Source of the DNA: Lachnospiraceae bacterium
GTDB taxonomy: Bacteria; Bacillota; Clostridia; Lachnospirales; Lachnospiraceae
Direction of reading: 5' to 3'
NCBI GenBank assembly: GCA_031272185.1
Contig: JAISUG010000058.1
Coordinates: forward strand, 8,203-72,202
Length of the DNA: 64,000 bases
Shown here: one piece after another, positions 58,050 to 64,000 of the stretch
How positions within the stretch are numbered: position 1 is the stretch's first letter
How the letters are laid out: every line of letters begins with the position of its first letter
Notes under the pieces: generated by a model
Databases searched by the model: none
The model's input: only the letters and a program-made list of their open reading frames with translations
What the model was told of the DNA's origin: nothing
Translations under genes and position numbers: made by a program

Positions 58050-59756
58050 TCACCCAAAGATCCGCCACCCCACGATGAAGTGGTCGGCCCACCACTGGCC
58101 CAGGCTGCGGTGGATCACGCGGCCGTTGCCCGAGGAGGCGTCGATGATGGTGCCGCCGCCCGCGATGATGCCCACATGGCCCCGCACCACGATGATGTCG
58201 CCCGCCCGCAGGTCATAGTAGCTGGAAACACGTTCGTACCTGCCCACGTTTTGCCAGCCATAGGAGGTGATGTAGCTTTGCTGCACCCCCACCTGGTTCA
58301 AGCACCAGTAGACGAATCCCGAGCAGTCGAATGAGTTGGGGCCTTTGCCGCCCCAGGAGTATGGCGCGCCCAGTTTGGAGGAGGCCACCGCCAGGAGCGC
58401 ATCCACGCTGGCGTTGCCGGATGGCAGGACGGAGCCCACGGCGGTGGCGCCCCCGGAGCCGGCATCCGCCGCCTGGGTGGGGGAGGTGGCGCCGGATGAC
58501 CCCGCCGAGGCCGAGGCGCCTGAGCCGGAGCCGGAGGCCCCTGAGCCGGAGGAACCCGCCCCGGAGGAGGTGGAGGTCGAGCCGCCGCTGTTGGCCAGCG
58601 CCGCCGCGCCGGATGCGGCTTTCTTCGCATCCTGGCTGGTGAGGCGCGCCATGGTCTGGCGGCCCACCGAACCGTCTGCGGACAGGCCGTTTCGTGTCTG
58701 GAACGCTTTCACCGCGCGCTGGGTGATGTCGCCGAAATACCCGGTGACATTGGCGTCATACAGGTAGCCGAGCTTCGCAAGGAGTTCCTGGACCCGGGAG
58801 ATGGCATCCCCCTCGTCGCCCAGGCGCAGGCCGTTGGGCTTTGCGGCGGAGGAATCCAAAGCCATGCGGGTGGAAGGCCCCAGGTAGCCGTCCACCACCA
58901 GGTCGTTGCGGGACTGGAACTGCTTCACCGCCAGGATGGTGTCGTTGCCATAGGCGCCGTCCGGTTCGGTGGTGAGGTAGCCCAGGTCTTTCAGGCGCAC
59001 CTGGCAGGCCAGCACCACTTCGCTGTGTTCGCCGTATGCCAGGAGGTTTGGCTTCACGTCCCCGCTGTAGAGCAGGTTGGTGGTCTGGCGGCCCACCTTT
59101 CCGTCGATTTCCAGGCCGTTGAGCTCCTGCAGTTTTTTCACGGAATTTTCCGTGACGTCGCCGAAGTTGCCCGTCACCATGTCGGCGGAGGGCAGGTAGC
59201 CCAGCTCGTAGAGGCGGTACTGGATCAGCTGCACGTCCTCGCCGGAATCGCCATTGGTCACGGTGTAGTACCCGGCCGCCGGGTCCATGATGGCCTCCCA
59301 GGTCAGGGGGCCCACCCGCCCGTCCTGGTTTAAGTCATTTTGGCGCTGGAACAGCTTCACCGCGGCCACGGTCATGTTACCGTAGTGGTATGTGGGCTCG
59401 TCATAGTCCATGAACCCCAGGTCCATGAGTCGTTCCTGAAGTTTCGCCACGTTCGGGTGGGAAATCCCCAGGTAATAGATCTCCGGCGGGGGCACGGGGA
59501 TGTCCTTGATGAGGCGGTACACCGGGCCCTGGGGGGTCAGCACGGGGATCTCGGCGGGGGCGATGGCATCCTCGATGGTATAGACCGGCTGGGTCTGGGG
59601 GGGCGTCTGCGGTTCGGTGGCAGCTTTCCCGCCGCCGGCACATGACGTGAGCAGGGCCAGGGCCAGGAAAGCGGGTAGGGCGGTGCGCGCCAGGGGGCGG
59701 CGTAGGTTAAACGCCTGTATGTGAACCCGAATGTTTCGGCGGTTGGCATTTCTCAT
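58050..59756 (-). CDS. lipoprotein with peptidoglycan-binding repeats and C-terminal NlpC/P60 endopeptidase domain
   Basis: Lipobox LLTSC, about five PG_binding_1-like repeats (VKxLQxxLxxLGY...DGxxGxxT) and NlpC/P60 Cys/His contexts (FDCSGFVYW, GHVGII). ATG at 59756. The ORF's TTG at 59777 overlaps the patatin gene. Confidence 0.85.
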   Translation of the reverse strand: MRNANRRNIRVHIQAFNLRRPLARTALPAFLALALLTSCAGGGKAATEPQTPPQTQPVYTIEDAIAPAEIPVLTPQGPVYRLIKDIPVPPPEIYYLGISHPNVAKLQERLMDLGFMDYDEPTYHYGNMTVAAVKLFQRQNDLNQDGRVGPLTWEAIMDPAAGYYTVTNGDSGEDVQLIQYRLYELGYLPSADMVTGNFGDVTENSVKKLQELNGLEIDGKVGRQTTNLLYSGDVKPNLLAYGEHSEVVLACQVRLKDLGYLTTEPDGAYGNDTILAVKQFQSRNDLVVDGYLGPSTRMALDSSAAKPNGLRLGDEGDAISRVQELLAKLGYLYDANVTGYFGDITQRAVKAFQTRNGLSADGSVGRQTMARLTSQDAKKAASGAAALANSGGSTSTSSGAGSSGSGASGSGSGASASAGSSGATSPTQAADAGSGGATAVGSVLPSGNASVDALLAVASSKLGAPYSWGGKGPNSFDCSGFVYWCLNQVGVQQSYITSYGWQNVGRYERVSSYYDLRAGDIIVVRGHVGIIAGGGTIIDASSGNGRVIHRSLGQWWADHFIVGWRIFG

Positions 59757-59773
59757 TAAACGTGTCTCTCTTT

Positions 59774-60637
59774 TCAATATGATCCGGATTCATGACCCAG
59801 GTATTCCATCATTTTCGCATAGCCCGCCTGTGCATCGCGGTAGCCCTTGGTATACAGGGCCTGGAGTTTCTTGCGGTCACGCTCGATGCGGTTGATCCCC
59901 TCGGTTTCGTCCGGGCGGAAGACGAAGATCCGGCCCTCTTTTTCCAGTTGGTCGATGTAGTCCAGGGTTTCGTTGTAGGCGGCGTGGCGGTTGGCCATGA
60001 CCTCCACCAGCCGGGGGAAACGGGCGTAGCGGGCGGCGGACATCCCGATGGTGCGGTTGGGCTTTTTGCGGTAACCCACGGGCCGGGTCAGTATCACCAC
60101 GTTTTTCTCATTCCCGCTTTCGATGGAGCGGCGCAGGGGGATGGAGTCAGAGAGCCCGCCGTCCAGGTACAGGTTATCCCCGATGGGCACCATCCGGGAA
60201 AGCAAAGGAAGGGAGGCTGAGGCCCGCACCGCATTTATGTCTTCTTCCATGTCCCTTACTTCCATGTATTCCGGCTGCCCTGTGGCGCAGTTGGTGACAA
60301 CGGCGTAGAACCTGCCGGGATGGTGGGCGAACGCCCCGTAGTCGTATGGGTGCAGGACCTTGGGTATCAGCTCGTAGCACATCTTCACCCCGAAGAGGTC
60401 GCCGGTGCGCAGCAGGCTTCGCACGCTGCAGTAGCGCGGGTCGTCTAAGTAGTCCACGCTGATGCGAAACGCCCTGCGAAACTGCCTGGAGAGGTAACTG
60501 CAGGCGTGGCAGGCCCCTGCGGACACGCCGTAGATTTCGGCAAAAAACAGGTCATGTTCCAGAAAATAATCCAGTATGCCGGTGGTGTAGATGCCCCGCA
60601 TCCCACCGCCTTCCAGTATCAACCCTGCTGCGACCAT
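59774..60637 (-). CDS. patatin-like phospholipase
   Basis: GGGMRG oxyanion motif, GVSAGA (GxSxG) and catalytic-Asp context YLDGGLSD. ATG at 60637 follows AGAAAGGA. Confidence 0.88.
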   Translation of the reverse strand: MVAAGLILEGGGMRGIYTTGILDYFLEHDLFFAEIYGVSAGACHACSYLSRQFRRAFRISVDYLDDPRYCSVRSLLRTGDLFGVKMCYELIPKVLHPYDYGAFAHHPGRFYAVVTNCATGQPEYMEVRDMEEDINAVRASASLPLLSRMVPIGDNLYLDGGLSDSIPLRRSIESGNEKNVVILTRPVGYRKKPNRTIGMSAARYARFPRLVEVMANRHAAYNETLDYIDQLEKEGRIFVFRPDETEGINRIERDRKKLQALYTKGYRDAQAGYAKMMEYLGHESGSY

Positions 60638-60790
60638 GGGGAATCCTTTCTGTGCCAATGCTGAATAAGGTGTTTACCTTAGGTAGCGGGGAACAAGCCA
60701 AGCGTGGTTTTGTTTTGCCCGTTTACCTTAGTATGCATGAAAACCGCCGAAATTTCAATAGGCAATCTGTACAGTGGCAAAATTTCCATA

Positions 60791-60820
60791 TTGACAGTGG
60801 TGTGGGGGATGTGGTAGATT
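60791..60820 (+). promoter_or_regulatory. candidate promoter upstream of the riboswitch-like element
   Basis: TTGACA (60791-60796), 18 nt spacer, TAGATT with an extended -10 TGG. Confidence 0.5.
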
Positions 60821-60834
60821 ATAGACAGTGAAGC

Positions 60835-60918
60835 GGGCTTGTATATGCCCATGATCGTGTCTTTTGACCGTCGGATGGGCGTTTCTACCAACTGCCGTAA
60901 CAGTTGACTACAAGGGCC
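60835..60918 (+). ncRNA. purine (guanine/xanthine-type) riboswitch-like aptamer with enlarged P2/L2
   Basis: P1 is CTTGTA / TACAAG and P2 is GCCCAT / ATGGGC. J2/3 is GTTTCTAC. P3 is CAACTG-CCGTAA-CAGTTG. J3/1 is ACT. The J2/3, L3 and J3/1 strings match the conserved core of the B. subtilis xpt guanine aptamer (..GUUUCUACC...CCGUAA...GACUA..). Confidence 0.6.
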
Positions 60919-61014
60919 ACCAAAGAGCGGGATGCCAAAGCGGGTGAAGGTGTCTGCGGCGATTTGCGGTGGGAGGTCGATTGCGGGCGGTTTTTTTATT
61001 TAACAGGAGACGAT

Positions 61015-63906
61015 ATGGGGATCGGGACGTCGCAGGTGCGGGTGGACGCATACGAAAAGGTAACGGGCGGGGCGAAATACACGGCGGACATGGAGCCCAA
61101 AGGCACGCTGGTGGCGAAACTGGTGCGCAGCACCGTCGCCAATGGCCGGGTGCTGGGGTTTGATTTGAAAGAGGCTTGGGCTGTGGAGGGTGTGGAGGAC
61201 ATCGTCACCTGCTTCGACGTGCCGGAACACCCCTACCCCACACCCGGGCACCCCTGGTCGGTGGAACCCTCCCACCAAGACGTGGCGGACCGGCGGATGC
61301 TCAATGAACGTGTGCGCATATACGGGGACGACATTGCGGTGGTGGTGGCCCGTGACGAGGTGGCCGCCAAGAGGGCCGCGGGGAAGATACGGGTGGAGTA
61401 CGAGGAGTACAGGCCGCTCCTGACGGTGGCACAGGCGCTGGGCAGGGACATCTCGCCATGGTGGGCGAAAGAGGCGGCACAGTCTTTGCCGCCGGGGTCG
61501 CTAGGTACCCCTGCCGGTGAAGAGTCAGGCGCGGCCCGAAATACATTCGTCCGTGAACGGGCACCGGCCCCTGACTGTATTGGGGACGACAGGACAGGGT
61601 GGGGCGAAGGCGATGCCACGGCGATCCACGAGGAGTGTGCGGACAACTGCCTGAAGCACACCGGGTTTCGCCTGGGGGAGGGCGCATTCCACGACTTCGA
61701 GGGCATGGACGGCGTGGCGGTGGTGCAGAAAGTGTACAGGACCCAGACCGTGCAGCATTGCCACATCGAGGTCCCGGTGTCTTTCGCATACATGGAACAT
61801 GACAGGGTGACGGTGGTGAGCTCCACCCAGATCCCCCACATCGTGCGGCGGGTGATCTCCCAGGCCTTGGGGCTGGACATGGGGCGCATCCGGGTGATAA
61901 AGCCCTACATCGGCGGCGGGTTCGGCAACAAGCAGGAAGTGCTCTACGAACCGCTCAATGCGTTCCTGGCCATGCGCCTGGGCCGCCCGGTGAAAATCGA
62001 GCTAAGCAGGGAGGAGACCCTGGCCTGCACCAGGGTGCGGCACGCCATGGAGTTCCAGCTGGGCGCCGCGGCCACGCCTGACGGGCGGCTTCTGGGGCGC
62101 AAATTCGTGGCCTACTCCAACCAAGGGGGCTACGCCTCCCACGGCCATGCGTTGATTGCCAATGCCGCGGGGGAGTTCAAACAGATCTACCGGGACGAAA
62201 AGGTGCTGGAATCCGACAGCTACACGGTATACACGAACATTTCCACAGGCGGGGCCATGCGGGGATATGGGATCCCCCAGGGCGTCTTCGCAGGGGAGGC
62301 GTTGATGGACGACCTCGCGCGAAAGATCAGCATGGACCCCCTGGAGTTTCGCCTGCGCAACTGCGTCCGGGAGGGGTACGAAGACCCCCACACACATGTG
62401 ATGTTCCGCAGCTACGGCCTGCGCCGCTGCATCGAGGTGGGGCGGGAGCGGTTCGGGTGGGACGAGAAGAGGGCGAGGTACACCCGGGAAAACGCGGATC
62501 TTGCGGATGGGGCGGGGACAGACAAAGGCACCGATGCCGCGGGTGCGGGGGTATCGACAGGCGCTGTGAAGACAGACGTTGCGGCGATGACAGGCGTATG
62601 CGCTGATACGGCAGGTGCGGGGGCCGGACAAAAGCGCCGGGGCGTGGGCATGTCCATATTCATATACAAGACGGGCGTCTACCCCACCTCGCTGGAAACG
62701 GCATCTTGCCGCATGGTGCTCAACCAAGACGGTTCGGTGCAGCTCCAGATGGGCGCCACGGAGATCGGCCAGGGGGCAGACACGGTGTTCACCCAGATGG
62801 CGGCCCAGGTGCTGGGGATACCCGAAAGCAAGGTACACATCATCTCTTTCCAGGACACGGACGTGACGCCTTTTGACACGGGTGCATACGCATCCCGCCA
62901 GTCCTACGTCAGCGGGAAAGCGCTCAAGCAGACGGGGGAACTCCTGAAAGAAAAGATCCTGGGGTATGCGGCCGGGATGCTCCGGGGCGAATCGCAGGGC
63001 GGACCGCAGGGCAAATCGCAGGGCGGATCGCAGGGCAAATCGCAGGGCAAATCGCAGGGCGAATCGCAGGGCGGACCGCAGGACGGACCGCAGGGCGGAC
63101 CGCAGGACGGATCGCAGGTCGAATCGCTGGGCGAATCGCAAGCCGAGGCCGAGGGGGCGGCAGCGGGGGGCGTAGCTGTCCCGTATGACGTTCTGGGTAC
63201 AGATGGTGCAGGCCCCGGGGCGGCGCATGCTGCCAGCATAGCTGCGCATGGACGGCACCCGGCGGTGTCCGGCCTGGATATCGCAGGTGATTTCATCGTC
63301 GAGAAAGCGACGGGGCGACGGCTATTGAGCGTGGGCGACGTGGCCATGACGGCATTATACAGTCTGGATGAATCGGTGCACATCACCGCGGAGTCCACGG
63401 TGCATTGCAAGGACAACACGTTTTCCTCCGGGGCGTGCTTCGCGGAGGTGGAGGTGGACATCCCCCTGGGCAAGGTGAAAGTGCTGAACTTGCTCAATGT
63501 ACACGACTCCGGCACCCTCTTAAACCCGCAGCTGGCCAGGGCGCAGGTGCACGGGGGCATGAGCATGGGGCTGGGGTTCGGGATGTATGAGGAGCTGCTC
63601 TACGACGAAAAGGGCCGCCCCCTCAACGACAACCTGCTGGACTACAAGCTGCCCACTGCCATGGACACGCCAGACCTGCAGGTGGAGTTCGTGGAGGTGG
63701 AGGACCCCACGGGGCCTTTCGGCAACAAGGCGCTGGGCGAGCCGCCGGCCATCCCGGTGGCCCCGGCCATACGCAATGCGATCCTCCACGCCACGGGGGT
63801 GGCGTTTGACAGCCTGCCCATGACGCCCCAGAAACTGGTGGAAGGGTTCTGGAAAGCGGGGCTGACGAAGCGGCCCCAACCACATGTACAGGGAATGGCC
63901 GGGTGA
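61015..63906 (+). CDS. xanthine dehydrogenase-family molybdopterin-binding subunit
   Basis: N-terminal a/b-hammerhead (VDAYEKVTGGAKYTAD), Moco motifs (YIGGGFGNKQE, GATEIGQGADT) and C-terminal GEPPAIPVAPAIRNA. ATG at 61015 follows AGGAGA. Two low-complexity insertions, including a 12-nt in-frame repeat at 62987-63150. Confidence 0.88.
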   Translation: MGIGTSQVRVDAYEKVTGGAKYTADMEPKGTLVAKLVRSTVANGRVLGFDLKEAWAVEGVEDIVTCFDVPEHPYPTPGHPWSVEPSHQDVADRRMLNERVRIYGDDIAVVVARDEVAAKRAAGKIRVEYEEYRPLLTVAQALGRDISPWWAKEAAQSLPPGSLGTPAGEESGAARNTFVRERAPAPDCIGDDRTGWGEGDATAIHEECADNCLKHTGFRLGEGAFHDFEGMDGVAVVQKVYRTQTVQHCHIEVPVSFAYMEHDRVTVVSSTQIPHIVRRVISQALGLDMGRIRVIKPYIGGGFGNKQEVLYEPLNAFLAMRLGRPVKIELSREETLACTRVRHAMEFQLGAAATPDGRLLGRKFVAYSNQGGYASHGHALIANAAGEFKQIYRDEKVLESDSYTVYTNISTGGAMRGYGIPQGVFAGEALMDDLARKISMDPLEFRLRNCVREGYEDPHTHVMFRSYGLRRCIEVGRERFGWDEKRARYTRENADLADGAGTDKGTDAAGAGVSTGAVKTDVAAMTGVCADTAGAGAGQKRRGVGMSIFIYKTGVYPTSLETASCRMVLNQDGSVQLQMGATEIGQGADTVFTQMAAQVLGIPESKVHIISFQDTDVTPFDTGAYASRQSYVSGKALKQTGELLKEKILGYAAGMLRGESQGGPQGKSQGGSQGKSQGKSQGESQGGPQDGPQGGPQDGSQVESLGESQAEAEGAAAGGVAVPYDVLGTDGAGPGAAHAASIAAHGRHPAVSGLDIAGDFIVEKATGRRLLSVGDVAMTALYSLDESVHITAESTVHCKDNTFSSGACFAEVEVDIPLGKVKVLNLLNVHDSGTLLNPQLARAQVHGGMSMGLGFGMYEELLYDEKGRPLNDNLLDYKLPTAMDTPDLQVEFVEVEDPTGPFGNKALGEPPAIPVAPAIRNAILHATGVAFDSLPMTPQKLVEGFWKAGLTKRPQPHVQGMAG

Positions 63907-64000
63907 TGGCATCGGCATCCACGACTCGGCGGCCTTCCGGCAGGTTCGGCTGAGCGAAGAAAACCTGCGGGGCAGGAAGCCGGCAGGGCTGGAAGCCGGC

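Noticed and set aside
60979-61003. T-run (TTTTTTT at about 60993-60999) upstream of the XDH start as the riboswitch terminator
   Set aside because: I could not find a GC-rich stem immediately 5' of the T-run. The preceding CGATTTGCGG / CGATTGCGG strings are direct repeats, not inverted. The expression platform is left unresolved.

Overview
High-GC (low 60s % by eye) Clostridia-like chromosomal segment carrying about 45 confidently readable genes and no rRNA, tRNA, CRISPR array, transposase or integrase. Main blocks:
- **Arginine biosynthesis:** argH (partial), argG, and the divergent argC-argJ-argB-argD operon.
- **1 to 14 kb, remainder:** a membrane-anchored clostripain-like (C11) peptidase, rpiB, aroC and a lactonase.
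- **Polyamine uptake:** an XRE/cupin regulator followed by potABCD.
- **Candidate novel system:** an FkbH-like loader, an acyl carrier protein (ACP) and an MBOAT acyltransferase, bracketed by two lower-GC islets. One islet holds a DUF4160 pair. The other holds an AAA ATPase fused to a PD-(D/E)xK nuclease-like domain.
- **26 to 44 kb:** uxaC, cell-wall-binding-repeat proteins, a two-component system, DAHP synthase, glycerate kinase, apt, a Nudix hydrolase, proC, dtd, thrC and fba.
- **44 to 50 kb:** an amino-acid ABC transporter followed by a YgeY-like M20 peptidase and an ornithine/alanine-racemase-like enzyme.
- **50 to 64 kb:** a single-polypeptide 4x[4Fe-4S]/molybdopterin oxidoreductase fusion, clpB, an MBL hydrolase, an NlpC/P60 lipoprotein, a patatin-like lipase and a xanthine-dehydrogenase-family molybdenum subunit.

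Observations most worth follow-up:
1. The Dlt-like cassette in which FkbH replaces the DltA-type ligase.
2. A purine-riboswitch-like aptamer with an enlarged P2/L2 upstream of the xanthine-dehydrogenase-family gene.
3. Tandem duplications filling many intergenic spacers, whose first copy contains the stop codon (in one case the start codon) of the adjacent gene.
4. In-frame Gly/Ala/Pro/Ser-rich insertions, several visibly repetitive at the DNA level, inside otherwise canonical housekeeping enzymes.

All calls come from reading the sequence and the ORF translations. No database search was possible.
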